Source: Podarcis melisellensis (lineage: Eukaryota). Taken from it: 64,000 bases of DNA. Where the stretch lies: the NCBI GenBank assembly GCA_964234715.1, contig OZ174280.1. One strand, written 5' to 3'. Shown one piece after another: positions 40,486-54,227 of this stretch. The stretch's first letter is position 1; every line of letters begins with the position of its first letter. Both the position numbers and the translations under genes were made by a program. The notes beneath the pieces are model-generated. The model was not told the DNA's origin and did not search any database. It worked only from the letters and a program-made list of their open reading frames with translations.

Positions 40486-40832
40486 AAGGTAAAGGGACCC
40501 CTGACCATTAGGTCCAGTCACGGACAACTCTGGGGTTGCGGCGCTTATCTTGCTTTATTGGCCGAGGGAGCCGGCATACAGCTTCCGGGTCATGTGGTCA
40601 GCATGACTAAGCCACTTCTGGCAAACCAGAGCAACGCACAGAAACACTATTTACCTTCCCGCTGGAGCGGTACCTATTTATCTACTTGCACTTTGTGCTT
40701 TTGAACTGCTAGGTTGGCAGGAGCAGGGAGCAAGCAACGGGAGTTCACCCATCGTGGGGATTTGAACCTGCCAACCTTCTGATCAGCAAGCCCTAGGCTC
40801 TGTGGTTTAACCCACAGCGCCACCCGCGTCCC
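40486..40832 (-). mobile_element. Sauria SINE
   Basis: Full length; TSD AAGTG(G/T)ACATA. Confidence 0.9.
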
Positions 40833-40895
40833 TAAGTGTACATAGGGTGTACATAGGATATGTGTACATAGGGTGTACATAGGATAAATGTACAG

Positions 40896-41258
40896 AGGTA
40901 AAGGTAAAGGTACCCCTGCCTGTACGGGCCAGTCTTGCCAGACTCTGGGGTTGTGCGCCCATCTCACTCAAGAGGCCAGGGGCCAGCGCTGTCCGTAGAC
41001 ACCTCTGGGTCACGTGGCCAGCGTGACAAGCTGCATCTGGCGAGCCGGAGCTGCACACGGAAACGCCGTTTACCTTCCCACTAGAAAGCGGTCCCTATTT
41101 ATCTACTTGCACCCGGAGGTGCTTTCGAACTGCTAGGTTGGCAGGTGCTGGGACCGAGCAACGGGAGCGCACTCCGCCGCGGGGATTCGAACCGCCGACC
41201 TTTCGATCGGCAAGCCCTAGGCGCTGAGGCTTTTACCCACAGCGCCACCCGCGTCCCC
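40896..41258 (-). mobile_element. Sauria SINE, distinct CpG-rich subfamily
   Basis: (AAAGGT)n tail, head GGGACGCGGGTGGCGCTGTGG; many diagnostic differences from the neighbouring copy. Confidence 0.9.
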
Positions 41259-41929
41259 AAGTGTACATAGGGTGTACTTATTCCCATGCTAGGAGCCTAT
41301 GAACACTTTCTTCCTTGGGAGTAAGACTCCAGTGATGGCTATGTATTTTAGAATGCATACTGGAACTACTGGTATGTCCTTGAATTTTCTGTACTATACA
41401 AGGGGTATTCTGGAGATGGATTGATGTAGAAAGTGTTTCCTGAGGGTAGGAAGTTTAAATTCCACTAATCTAGAGCAAGCCTACAATTTCCCAATTACTA
41501 TTATTATTTCCCATTTATACGATGCCAGCCTTTTATGGGTTAGGTGCAGGAACAGCCAGGTGTCGCTGCATATAATAGCAACCCATTTATCTGAACAAGT
41601 TCTAGCATCAGCCAAGAAACTTCTGATGGATCAGAAATGAAAATAAGACTTCATATCCATGCATATTTACATGGTGATAAGCCTGAGTCTGTTTTGGGCA
41701 ATGACTATCCACTATAAGGCCTGCAGATGCACTTCTGTATCCTTCGTTTTTCCCTGCCTCATTCTAGCAGCTGGTACCTGTGGATCACAGATTTAGTTCC
41801 CACATCTGCAGTCTGTTCACAGAGGGAGGTCCATTTCTCTTTTCATTAGTTTTCATGGTTGTAAAGGGGTAGCGATGATGCTAACATATAGGTGTAAAGG
41901 TCATGCTCTATGGAAAGCTGGCTTCAAGC

Positions 41930-42285
41930 ACTTGGCCCATTGGCACATTAACTCTGCATTACAAAAATGTCTGTGAGACATGAAGGCTGACAACAACTCC
42001 ACTGTGTTGGAATTCCTTACAGACAACCATAGTGCTCGGAGACTGATAGGTTGTGAGTGTGTAGCACACACCAGAGGAGAAATGAGTACAGAGAGAAGAA
42101 ATGCCATGGTGCATCTGCAGCAGCACAACCGGATGCCTTCATCTGCCCCAGCTGCAACAAAACATGTCTCGCCTGCATTGGTCTCTACAGCCGCAGCAGG
42201 TGCTGTAACTCTCCCAACGGTTTGACTTCACCCCCAAAGGCACACTCCTCCATTGTCTCCCGAGACAGACGGATGCCAACAATGA
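41930..42285 (+). mobile_element. RTE-clade LINE 3' end
   Basis: Degenerate C-terminal zinc knuckle FICPSCNKTCLACIGLYS.SRCC; 3' end CGAGACAGACGGATGCCAACAA. Confidence 0.7.
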
Positions 42286-42719
42286 GATAGGGGAAGCTTG
42301 GCTACACTGAGAACGTTAGAAGAAATACAATGAATAACACACACTGCTGGATCTAAGCCAGATAGCTGATGGAAGGTGACCCATGTCTACAACTCCATTC
42401 TCCAGAGTTATTGACTGCCCTCTGCCTGCATTTTTGAGCAATTGGTAGGGGAAGAAAAGCAGTAGGAATACAGCCTTAACAAAGACGGGAAAGCCAAGGG
42501 GCTTCAAAGAATGAAGCAATGCATCCCACGCCAAGCGTGGGCTTCTGGTTTTTTTCTGAGGAAGAGAAAACTCATATCCTACAGTTCCCCCTGAATGGGA
42601 AATATAACCTGTGACATTTTAGCTGCAAAACGATTCATCTCCAGAAAATGCAGATTAAAAATAAACATTTACCTGTTTTGCTTCATTCCTGGCTGCCAAA
42701 GTTTAGAACTGGAAAAAAA

Positions 42720-42976
42720 AGTGGTTGGCAGAGAGTTCTATAATCCCGCCTTCCCCTCCTTCTGGTAACAGCTGGAATGAGGAGTTTGAAGGAAGATGCA
42801 TGATTGGTTGAGAGTCAGAAGCAGGGTGGAGTGAGGAAGACAGAGGAGGAATTTACCTGTCTAGGTAAGTCAGTAGGAGGTCAAGAAGAGAACAGAGAAG
42901 GTGGTATAGCCTGTTTGGTCGTGTCATTTCATAGCAGAGTAGCTGGAATTGTTTTTATTTCCTAGTAAAGGTGAGT
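42720..42976 (+). promoter_or_regulatory. Candidate C1orf116 promoter / non-coding exon 1
   Basis: GC-box-like CCCGCC, ATTGG, GGGTGGAG followed by strong donors TAG|gtaagt (~42864) and AAG|gtgagt (42971); no transcript evidence. Confidence 0.35.
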
Positions 42977-44190
42977 TAAACTCTAACTAAACTATGTTTG
43001 CTTAGGCGGAAAAGGAGTGTTCCTGGATTTAGATACAAATAGCCGACCAGATAGCTGGCTTGTCCAGTCTTGCTTATACGCTTCCCCTATTTCGTGCTAT
43101 CTTTCTTGCCGTTGTTCCTACTGAAATCTTTGGGCTCGTAAAGGATTATGGAAGGTCTCGAGTTTCCTAGTGAAGGTAATCCATGCATGTTGCAAACCTT
43201 TCCTGACAGATTTTAGGGGAAATTCTATTGGTAGCTTAGTTGCTTTTAAAATGACTTTTAATCTGTAAATCTGTGAATGACAAATGTTTGTCTCTTTCAT
43301 GGCTTCTGTTCAGGCTTATTAACAATGAAAATATATAGTAAGAAAAGCAGCTTCCTTTCAAAAAATCTGGAAGATGCAACCAAGCATAAATGTGCTCTCT
43401 CTATAATATATAATATATTATATATATTATATATTTTATACATTATACTATCTATATATATATATAATTATCACACTTATGGGAAAATAAGCTTACTTTA
43501 AGTTTTGCAATCATTTAAATTATTTTAATAAATCTTCAGAGACTTGGATGGAAATTGTTTTTAACATGAGATGGGGGTGGAAATGTGCTCCTTATCAGTT
43601 AAATGTAGGTAAACATGCAGAACTATGCCTGCTTGTAATTTGAAACTGGAAAACTAGGATTGTGCAGCTCTGGTACTGTAAGGGTAATGATTAAAGAGTC
43701 TTTTGTGTAGGTAGAAGTGGATGGGTCTCCAGGGTCAAGGTGCTTGTGCATGTATGTTTGACACGTTCTGTCTCTTATTCTGATGTGGTTTGGCCATTGG
43801 GATGCAGAATAGCATTAGTTCATGCAGATGCATTCAAAGTAGGATTTTTTTTTTAGTGAACTGGCAACTTTCTTTAATTCTGTTGGTTTTTAATACATAA
43901 GAATACATGTCACCAAAGCTTATTTAAAAACAAAATCTAAATTCTTCAATGGAGTCACTGAGTTTCATTTGCAGGGTATTCTTGGGCAATGTGTCAGTCA
44001 GTCAGCTAAGCTCTGTGTGCTAGATTAAAAACTGGAGTAAGCCTATACCCCCCAAGAAAATACTATAAAAGAAATTAAAGTAACCTCTATTTGAGGGGAC
44101 CATGAAATGATCTAACAGGGAAAAGAGATAGTAATTGACTCTTGGTATTTGTCCAGATGCATGCTAAATTCCAACAATGTGCACTGCTTC

Positions 44191-44328
44191 CAGCGGCATA
44201 GCGTGGGTTGTCAGCAGCCGGGGCAAGGCAAGTAATTTGCGCCCCCTAACCCATGGATTTGCGCCCCCTAACCCTAACCCCCAGATGTTGCGGCTGGCCC
44301 CCCCTGCACCCCCCACACTACGCTACTG
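44191..44328. mobile_element. hAT MITE
   Basis: Perfect TSD ACTGCTTC; TIR CAGCGGCATAGCGTG / CACACTACGCTACTG; internal CCCTAA units. Confidence 0.82.
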
Positions 44329-45303
44329 ACTGCTTCATCTGACTGATTAATTGATTGTTGTATCCACTTATATGCCAAAATCTAAGCAGCTTACTACTAT
44401 ACTTAAAATACACAATAACATTAATTAAAATATACATTAAACAAAATGTAACAGTGCACATATAATAAATAGGTTGGTTGTTGAAAGGAGGGATTTGGAT
44501 GAGACTTTCATTTTACACTATTAAAATCCACTTGCAGCTATGCATCAAATGAAGGATCTGAGCTGGCGTTTAACATCACTTGTGACATTAAACCATATTT
44601 ATAATGCCCCTGGGTGGAAGGACTTTACCTTCCAGATTGTAGGACCTAGTACTTAATCTTCTTATAGTTTAAAAAGCAACTAGTTATAGAGGAGACCATC
44701 TGATCTTGTAGACCCAAGTATTTTGCCTCTGTCTAAAAAGTAATCAGCAGTACTACATGTACCGAGGGCTGTTTGTTTCTAATACCTATGATATAAAATA
44801 GCAGTGGGGAACATCTGCTCCCTGACATAATTTGGCCCATGAGAGTCCCAGTTTAGCCAGTGAGACCTTCCCCACAAACGATGTCATAGGTGATGTCAGT
44901 GCGGGACAGATACAGCTGCAGCTACAAAGGCACAATTGAGAACGTGAAGGGATAGATGCTGACAGGGAGTCCCGCTAGGATCAGATCCAGCAGGTAGCTC
45001 CTCATTGGGAACTCCAATGGGGCTTGTCTTCTCAGTTTGCAAGAAGCAATTTGGATTCAAATCCATATTCCTACTCCCTTTAAATTGAGGTGGTAGTGGG
45101 TATACAGCTGCCTCACTCATTGCTTCCCTTCTGAGAGCTGGCTGTTGTCCATTCCCTCTGCTCCCTCCACAGTGTTGGTACCCGTTTCACTACATGATGG
45201 TAAACATATGTTTTGTGGGCCCAGAGCCTACAGGGACTCCACTGTAGCTGAAGGCCAAGAATCGAAAATGCCTGCCTCCTTCAGTTGGCTCATATATGAT
45301 ATG

Positions 45304-45780
45304 TGTTGTTGATATTATTTCACACCACCCTAATCTCCGAGTGGGGCAAGATTACAGGGATTCTAGGTGCTTACCCAGGGGTTATGTTTCCTTTTGGGAA
45401 TGAGGCATAGCGGAGACTGTGGTGCCTTTATGATATATGGTTTATTTGCACATGTATACAACCTGAGCCTATCATAGCATCAACACCCAAAAGGATCTTG
45501 TTTCTCCCATATCCACAGCCTTGGATTCAAACATACACCAAACATTGCTCTCTCTCTCTCTCCTCCCAGCTTGCTGCTTGAAATCTGGCCCACATCACTG
45601 CAACTCAACTCTAAACTCAATTGCCCCTTTCCTTTGTTTTCCCCTTAATGGCCCATCACCCAGGCTATCACCTCATCTAGATGGCCTGGCTTATGTTTTA
45701 ACACTTGCTGGATCAAGGGGTTACAAGGGGTTACAAAGATCTCACCTACAGCCTATTTCCTCTCCCTCAAATTCATAACA
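45304..45780 (-). mobile_element. Probable solo LTR
   Basis: TG...CA ends, ATAT(G/C) flanks; minus-strand AATAAACCATATATCATAAAGGCACCACAGTCT shared with the element at ~21305. Confidence 0.55.
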
Positions 45781-46285
45781 ATATCAGGTATTGGGCACAC
45801 CCTGGTTTCATTTCCTTAAGAATAAGTGGCAATGCAGCAAGAAAACATTTTACTGCTGTGTCCTATGTTCATAATCACTATCAGTGAACTGTGGCTTCAG
45901 GTTGTGAGTTAATATTTAATATCTCAGATTTTAGAGCTTTAACTACACCTTTGTTAGCTTCTAAAGCCTTTTGAATATCTAGGCTCTGGATTACTCAACT
46001 GTCCTTCCAGGTTCAGCTGCTTAATTGTGATGCTAGGGATCAAAATTTTAAGTAGTAATATACAGTCTTGGGCAAGTTAGGTTGTAATTTTCTTGGCTGC
46101 TTATTCAGTGCACCAAACCCTTTAATATCATATTGGACACATGTTTGTTCCTCTTAGTAACAGAAGTCAGAAGACTGCTTTTTACACATCTTCTTTTGTG
46201 ATCATTGTTGATCCAATGTGATGAGAGTCTCTCCCCCCCCCCACATTTTCTTACTATGAGGCATCCTCCTAATGAAATAACTCTG

Positions 46286-46488
46286 CAGGACTGGCCCACT
46301 CAGGAGGCAAGGTGAGGCAATTGTCTTAGGCGACAGGATCCACAGGGGCAGCAGATCCAGATGTAGATGTTTATTTCCCCCCTTGTTCCTGATGTAGACT
46401 TTCACTCACCCATTCTTCCCTGGGGGAAGGGGTGGTGGTGCCATTTTGTAGTTCACCTCAGGTGCTATAATGCATTGGGCCAGCCCTG
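46286..46488. mobile_element. hAT MITE, family of 13894, inverted
   Basis: TIR CAGGACTGGCCCA / TGGGCCAGCCCTG; TSD TAACTCTG / TAACTCTC. Confidence 0.82.
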
Positions 46489-46746
46489 TAACTCTCTTGT
46501 CATGCTTGCCTCCTTATACACTTGAAAGTAAATGGTATAATTGATGGCTAAGAAAAAGTGTTTCACAAAACAACAGTGTTCATCCTGTTAAAGCAAAGGT
46601 AAGATGTATGTGTATCTGTGTCTGAGCAACTTTCCTTTTGTCCATACTGAACATTCTGCACTGATGATGGTGGTGTTGCTAAATACCTGTTAGTCACTCT
46701 CTTATCCAACTTCGTCACAAATACTGTGTACTGGAACACAAGAGTA

Positions 46747-46918
46747 CTGTATTTTTCCATCTATAAGATTCCCCCATGTATAAGACACCCCCTATTTTGG
46801 GGGACTCAGATTTAAGAAAATTGGGGGGGGGCAGATGTATCCGTGTATAAGATGCCCCCTAATTTTTGACATTATTTTTAAGGGGGGGAAATCTAGTCTT
46901 ATACACGGAAAAATATGG
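46747..46918. mobile_element. pogo/Tc2-like MITE
   Basis: TA-CTGTATTTTTCC...GGAAAAATATGG-TA; internal TATAAGA repeats as in the 30424 element. Confidence 0.78.
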
Positions 46919-49378
46919 TAACTCGAGTGGAGAGCTTGCTGTCTTTGATAGGAGGCTGTGGGATTTTGTCTTGATTTAATCTCTGTGTACAGTGCCGTGA
47001 TGTGAATGAACCCTGTTGCTGGATTTTGTAGAACACAAGATAGCTTATTTCCCCCAAGCAGAGTTCATAAAGGTCCTTCCTAACCTAAGGAAGATGAGAT
47101 GGGAAGTGAGGCAGGGACTGCCCCCTTTCTAGATTGTTGCTTATGTATGTGGCATCAAGGGCATGGCCAAGGCTGAGGAATAATGGAAGGCATTCAGTCT
47201 CCCATGTGAAAACTGTAAATATTATGATTGGCACACATGCACCGCAATCTTTGAGAGTTTCCTTTTTATTATATAAGATGATTCGCTGACGTGATAGCAC
47301 CCTTGGTCACGCTGATTTTTGCAATTTGAATGAACACACCCTGTGATGCTCTAGCGCCTTCTTACGAATGGAACTGACATGCCTGCATTTTGAAAAGAAG
47401 CTTTTCAGTGCTGCTGAGCTTTAAATACTAGTTATCCATGTTAAGAGGGAGTAGTCTTCCCATCTCTTGCTGGATGACTTTACAGAATGTGACAGGCAGA
47501 GGGGTGGAGCTGGAAACACGTCTTTCTGGTTAGAAAGCTTGTGACCACATCCTCACAAGGCAGAATGGCTTCATGTACTGAACGAAGCATGGGGAGGGAG
47601 TGGTGGGAAAAGATGGGTGACACTCTTGGCTTCTGCCACTGATTTTGTTGCATAGTCTTAGGCAAGTCCAGTAGCTGCTTCAACAGAAGCTGTAGGGTGC
47701 CTCTCACATAGCTTGGCTGTTGGATCATGGCTTGGATCTGTAGCTTGAAGATTCAAATCTGACCTTGCGGATCAGCCTGGAGGTTCACACACAAAGAGAC
47801 TCAGTGTCTATGGACTAGGGCTTATGTCTATTTATTTTGGAAGGACAGAAGGCAGAGGGGATTGGGTGCGAGTCAAGCATCAGGGTGAAACATGAATGGC
47901 TTCAGTGTGTAGAGTTGCCTTAGTATGTAACTCTAAACTTTTTGAGGGGGAAGCTGGGGAACATGAGGGCTGTGGCCAGGGCTGTTTGACATAAAACAAT
48001 ATGGGGCAGAGGGCTTCAAGGTTAACCAGAGGCGTGCTTTTCCCTTTCTGTAGGATTTGCATTAGGACCAAACTAGGATTAAAAGGCTTTAAATGTGTTT
48101 GGTGAAGGTTTGTAAATTATAACTTTGAAGCAATTCTGATTAGGTATAATCACAGTTGGCTCTGTCGCAGCAAACTGTGAAGGAGGAGACAATATATGAG
48201 AAGAGGGAGCATACCAGCACGTGGTGAATTCGAGTCTCAAGACTGTGGGAAAAATAAGACAGTATGTGACATAGAGGATGATACCATGAGGCTGTATTGA
48301 GGTTGATGTGAATATAGCCATTGTATTTCTATGGTTGTATTATTTCCTGTCCAATCAGGTCTTTGTTAGTATAAGTTAAGCTAAATGACTAGGACTGGAA
48401 AGGCATTCACTTAGCTATGAAGCACACTTGGTGGGTGATCTTATCACAGGCTAACGTCACAGGGTTGTTGTGAGGATAAAGTATAGCCAAACCAGATACT
48501 CAAGCTCCCTGGAGGAAAAGCAGTATATAAGGAAGTGTTTATACACACCATAAAAGAAAAAGTCTATTTAAAAAATGAGGACGTGCACTCGGAAGTGTGG
48601 GACAACAATAACTCAAAGTGAAGTTTTATGAACTGCGCAAACAAATTGGAATGAAGGCTCAATAAACAGCGGATGTTGTATCACCTTGAGGCAAACTTTG
48701 CACCAATTTCACATGAACCGATGAATGTTCTGATTTGTAAATGCCACCTGTCCATCATACCCCTACCCCCTCAGTTGCCCTTTAATGTGATTTTGAAGCT
48801 TTAATACGATTTTGAAGCTTAGCTGGGGTGTAGTCAACATTGCCTTTTGTAACCGGTGTAGAATTTCCGGACATGACCTGCAGTCAGCTTAATCCCCCAC
48901 TAGTCCCCTATGTATCAACCTCTGTTTTAAAACAGCTGCAGTTTTCATCTGGGCCTCACATTGGTAGTTCCACCACCCTCAGAAATTTGTGCGTGGTGGC
49001 CTGGGAGAGGGCACTTTTGGTGGCCACCACAAAGTTTTGGAATTCCCTCCCCACAGAGGTGTATCTGACACATTCCTTGTGTAGTCTCCATTGTACCTTG
49101 GCCTCTGGTACGTGACCTGAGATATATATGAGATATATATTATTAGGATCCACCCTATTATTGTGACTATAATTTGTTTTTAATATTGTATTTTTAAATT
49201 GCTGTAATCCTCCCTGGAAGCTTATGGTGACAGGTGGGTAAGGAATCAGACATATGTTGTTGCTGTTAATTTTATATCAGTGGCACCAGAGCAGCTGGCC
49301 TCTTTCAGTGGTATATGTGTGTAGGGATGAGGGATGGGGAAGAAAGTCATTTCAGTGTACGCTTAAATGTGAATCTAG

Positions 49379-49513
49379 TTGGTTAGAGTGTGATGCTGAT
49401 TACATCAAGGTTTCAGCTTTGATCCCCATATGGGACAAGCTGCATGTTCCTGCATTGCTGGGGGTTGGACTAAATGATCCTTGGGGTCCCTTCCAACTCT
49501 ACAATTCCATCAT
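49379..49513 (+). mobile_element. Short tRNA-head SINE with CR1-type 3' tail
   Basis: GTTGGTTAGAG..GCTGAT..CAAGGTT..GATCCCC head plus a tail matching the CR1 end at ~17125..17190. Confidence 0.6.
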
Positions 49514-50356
49514 TGTACCTAATTTATATTTCACCAAAACAAAATGTGAACCAAAAGTCAACTTTCTTTCAAAAGATTCAGAATTTTGCATATATTATGG
49601 GGAAATGTACACAGAAACGCTCACAATAGTGAAAGTAACATACAAAAATACATTCCGTTAGGTAAAACTGCTTACAAAAGTGTGCACATTGGGCAAAATG
49701 TGGAATAAAATGCTAATGAATACTTCTAAGATTATTATTATTTTTAAATCACAGTCAGGTGTGAAAATGTGATGGACTGAACTTAACACTGGAAAAATGC
49801 AAATCTTAAACTGGCAGATTTCTCCATCCCTAGTAGGGGTGAAAGACACCTGCTTAGATTTCCTCCAACTCATCCCACACCACTCATTGTGCACTATAGC
49901 TTTAAAGCGGGAACGTGGGAAGGGGCTGTCTGGATGGGCCTTTTCTAAAAGACCCCTTTCCTACTATATGTGTGTGGCCTGTCCCTTTAAGGCATTCTCC
50001 TTCACATAAGGAATGTGAGGTATGTGCCAGGTAGGGAAATGCACACCCTGGCCTCTGCCCTAAGTAAATAGGCAGGTTGCCCATAGAGCCTGTGACAACC
50101 TTGCATTATTTAAAGTTAATCTGTGACTTTGCAGCGTTGCTGGTTCATAGGCATAGTCAGCATTAGTAGTAATAATAAAGGGGTATGATATTGTGAAATG
50201 TCATCCTTTGCTCTCCTTGTCATCCCGAAGGAATGTGCTCCTGTGCAAAGAAAGCTGGTGCTTTAATGTAGTGCATTTCATGCATGCAGGTCTTCTGTTG
50301 TCCTGAGGCTGAACTTCTATAAGCTTGGAGAAACATAGAGCCTTTCTTTCATTACA

Positions 50357-50599
50357 AGAGCCAGTGTGGTGTAGTGGTTTAGAGCGATACACTCGTAATC
50401 TAGGGAACTGGGTTTGTGTCTCCGCTCCTCCACATGCAGCTGCTGGGTGACCTTGGGCCAGTCACACTTCTCTGAGGTCTCTCAGCCCCACTCACCTCAC
50501 AGAGTGTTTGTTGTGGGGGAGGAAGGGAAAGGAGAATGTTAGCCACTTTGAGACTCCTTAGGGTAGTGATAAAGCGGGATATCAAATCCAAACTCTTCT
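50357..50599 (+). mobile_element. Squam3-like tRNA/CORE SINE
   Basis: GAGCCAGTGTGGTGTAGTGG A-box, GGGTGACCTTGGGCCAGTCAC core, L2-like tail ending CTCTTCT. Confidence 0.8.
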
Positions 50600-53500
50600 A
50601 CAAGGGTTACATCCGGTCATAGGGATAGATTCAACGAAATAGCTGCGCTAGTGGGAGCAATGAGCTGCACTGGTGCAACAGGGATTTCTTCCTCTCCTCC
50701 CTCCACTCGCACCCCCAACCCAGTCAGCCTGGGGGTGGGGGTGGGGCGTGGCATTGAGAAAACACCTAGAACAGCATGCGGTGATGGATGAAGATAGGAG
50801 GAGTTTATTCTGTCTGGCAAGCAAAATGTCTACAGTTTGGTGAAGCATTGGTCTCGGCTAATGCCTTCTCTCTTGACTGAGAGAGGTAACTCGAAATGGT
50901 CTCTTCTACCATTTAAGGCACACAAGCTAGAAATTGTGTACAGGAGGAAGTGGTCTTAAACTCCAAGATGAGAACTCATTTCAGAGGTAGCTACTGTGGG
51001 GACTTCAGCAGGGTCTTCAACAATCCAGAGTAAGATTCCATCTCTATAGCCAGATATATGTGGGCATGGGCCATTTCTGCAGTGCTTGTTGGGGTTTGAG
51101 AATGTGCAGCAAGCCTTAACCAGCAGAGAACAGGAGGGGGATGTGCTGGAAGGGGCAGGACTTGCTAGTCTCTCTGCCCCCCTCCTCTTATTACATAAAG
51201 AAAGAGAACCCCTTAAAAAGGCTTGGGATTGATCCAATTCTGAACTGAAACAGCAACAGGAATGTATAAAAATCTGCTAAAAAGCAGAAAGAGAAACTGA
51301 TTTTGTCAACATGGCATTTCCAAATGATGTTGGGATTTGTGACAGCAATGGATGTGCAAGAAGTGCTATAAGAAAAACCTTATGAAAGAGCAAATTGCTT
51401 TTAATAGCTATTCTTGCTGTATGACTTGTTTTGTTCCAGCTAGTCTTGTTTTTATACTTTGTTTACTTGCTAGTTTTTTAACATTGTGAGTCACTTTTTG
51501 TGAAATATGTGACATGACTTAAAAATACTTACTATGTAGTTTGGAAAAATGTTTGTTCACTGTATATTTGGACACCTCCTTAAGATATTGTAACCACATT
51601 TTGCATAATGATTCCTGAGATCAAAGAGCAGGTTTTCGTCTGTGTTCAAGTACATTTAGATAGCATTTTGAATCAAGATGGTGGACTGAACTGATTTTTT
51701 AACCACTGATTTCAAAACCTTTCTGATATGCTAGTTTTATGTTGGTGATCACTTTAGGGGTTAATGTCGACATGGGCCAACTTCTGCATGTGCATGCTTG
51801 TTTGTTGTCATCCACACGAGTGCTTTCAAAACCTCTTACTATTTTCTGTCTGCACTAGTAGGTGGTGTTTGATTGGATGTATTCACAATATTGTGTTGGT
51901 GTTCCCTGCTCTCAGTTAGTACTTCATAACTCATCATAGGTTCTGGAAACTTGAGGTCCATTGTGGGCATGTATGCAGGTATTTACTTACCCATGCACAC
52001 ACTTCATAAATTTCTGAAATACAAGTTTTCCAGTGTGCCAAATTTGTACAAAAGCCACTATTTTTAAAATGTATGTGTTGCTCCAAGCCAGGAAACCTGA
52101 AGTCTGTTGTGGATATTTGCACAGATATTTGTTACCTGTACATGTGCACGTTTTAATTTTTTATATACAGGTTTTCTGATGTACCAGATGTGCACAAAAC
52201 AGTGAATGCTGCCGCCGCCTTCAGTAATGTGTGTGGCTCCAAGTCAAGCAAGGATTTGGAGACAGTGGCATGAAAGATGGTCACTTCCTTGCCTTTATTT
52301 CCTTTCCCACCTCTTGTATCTGAAAGGACAAGTTTTATTTTTATTTTTAATACAGCTGTTTCAAGCAAAAGCACTTCTGGCCAAAATAACTGGGTTTTTT
52401 AATAAAAAAAATACTGTTAAAATGTGAATGTGCCTTCAGCAGCTTTTCTTTGGGCAGATGGAAACAAAATGGAAGTAGGAAGTGTTGCAGGCAGCACCCA
52501 CTGAAATGTCACCAGTCATGTAAAACAACCTGCCCACACAATGCACTTCATTGGATCCACAGTCTGGTCACATACTATTTTAACTTGTATTTTCTTTCTT
52601 TACTGGATTATCCATTGATTAGGAAAATTCAAATTTAGTGGGAAAAGGTGTGGGCTGCCATTTGGATAAGGAGGCATCATATAGACAATGCAAAAATAAT
52701 AATAATTAGAGACAAAATGAGCTGCAAATACACATTAAACACTGGTGTGAACCGATCCTTAACATTCCCAAGCAATGCTGGGCACAAGGTTGCTAGTAAT
52801 AAATAGTAATTCTGCCCAGAGTATTTATTTTTATTTATTCCTGAAAGGTAGGGTGTGTGAGTGAGAGCTATGCATAGACAGAAGTGGGTTTAAAATGGCT
52901 GCAACTTTTATCAGTTATGCGCAAAACATTTTGCCTTGATTTTTTTTAAAAAAACTATTATGTTAAAAGTACAGTGTATAGGAATTTTAACTCGCTGCAG
53001 TTGTAAGATGTTTAATTTTGTTTGTTTGCTTTATTTGCTGATTCTTTTTGTATTTTTGTATTAGTATTGTTTATTTTGATTGGCTGCCCTTCAGCAACAG
53101 GTCCCAGAACAGGTTACAACAATTTAAAAGTTGATGTTAAAAAAGTTAACATAGATCACTGTCACAGCAATAGGGTAGCTCTTAAAAACACACCTCAGAT
53201 GTCAAAAGCCAAGGCAAAGATTATTACTGTATATTAATAAAGAACAGCCCAGCGACGACAAGCAGACCAGTAGTGATTGTTTGTGGGGTGTGGAAAAGCA
53301 GAGCAGGGTAACAACTGCAATATCACATATGTTTTTCCTCAGTTAGGAAGGAAGCCTCATTTATTTCAAGGGAATTACTTCTAAGTAACATATACTGAAC
53401 CAAGCCCAATTTGTTTTATTCTATAAAGGCAGCACACTGAATGAATGAAATAATGTGGACATGAGGAAAGTGCTTTAACAAACACACCCCAGTATCCTCT

Positions 53501-54113
53501 TCTTCTTAGCTTCTGATTTTTCCTGCTACTCTAGGAGGAGCCCCTCTTGAGTCCCAGGCTTGGGCATCAATATTTCTTCCTCCAGTTGCTTAGCAACAGT
53601 GATGAAGTGTCCTTAGCAACAGTGCTGCCTGCTGAGTCACATTTTCTGCTCTAATTTTCTTCATAAATGTCTGATTGACATACTTATGCTACTAAAAAAG
53701 GATGAAAGCTGGGGTGGGGTGGAGGGGTTGGCCACCCACAAACTCCTACCCCTTCTACCTGTTTGTTGGTGGCCCTGAGGACACTGCTTCCAAGAATTGA
53801 TTAGCAATGTATCATGGTGAAGGGAAAGTACTACTAAGTCAAGTGTACTGACTTTATTGGATCCCAAGGCTTGTGAATTTGGGCTTTGCTTTATATCTTG
53901 TTGTAAGCTGCCATGTGTGTAAAAGCAGCAAGGTATAAATGAGTTGAAATCCTTGAAAAATGATATTCATATGCAGCAACCGGCAGGATTTCTGCAGCAG
54001 TAATCTGTTTTTGAGTATGTTCTGAAGTTGTGATACATGTTTATGGCTTCTTCTTATGTTTCCTCTCCAGAGTTCCTCAGTCATACTTACTGCTCCCTTG
54101 CCTGACTAGTGAT

Positions 54114-54227
54114 ATGCCTAAAAAGGATTTGTGGATAAGGACAGCTGACCCAGAACCCAGAGCAAGTGTTCACAGTGCAGGCAGTTGTGACAGTATGATC
54201 AGCAACGACTCCAACTTGTCCGGAAAG
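54114..54227 (+). CDS. C1orf116: C1orf116/SARG first coding exon (MPKKDLWIRTADPEPRASVHSAGSCDSMISNDSNLSGK)
   Basis: MP..LW...GSCDSM.S matches the SARG N-terminus; acceptor at 54070; donor AAG|gtatat. Confidence 0.88.
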
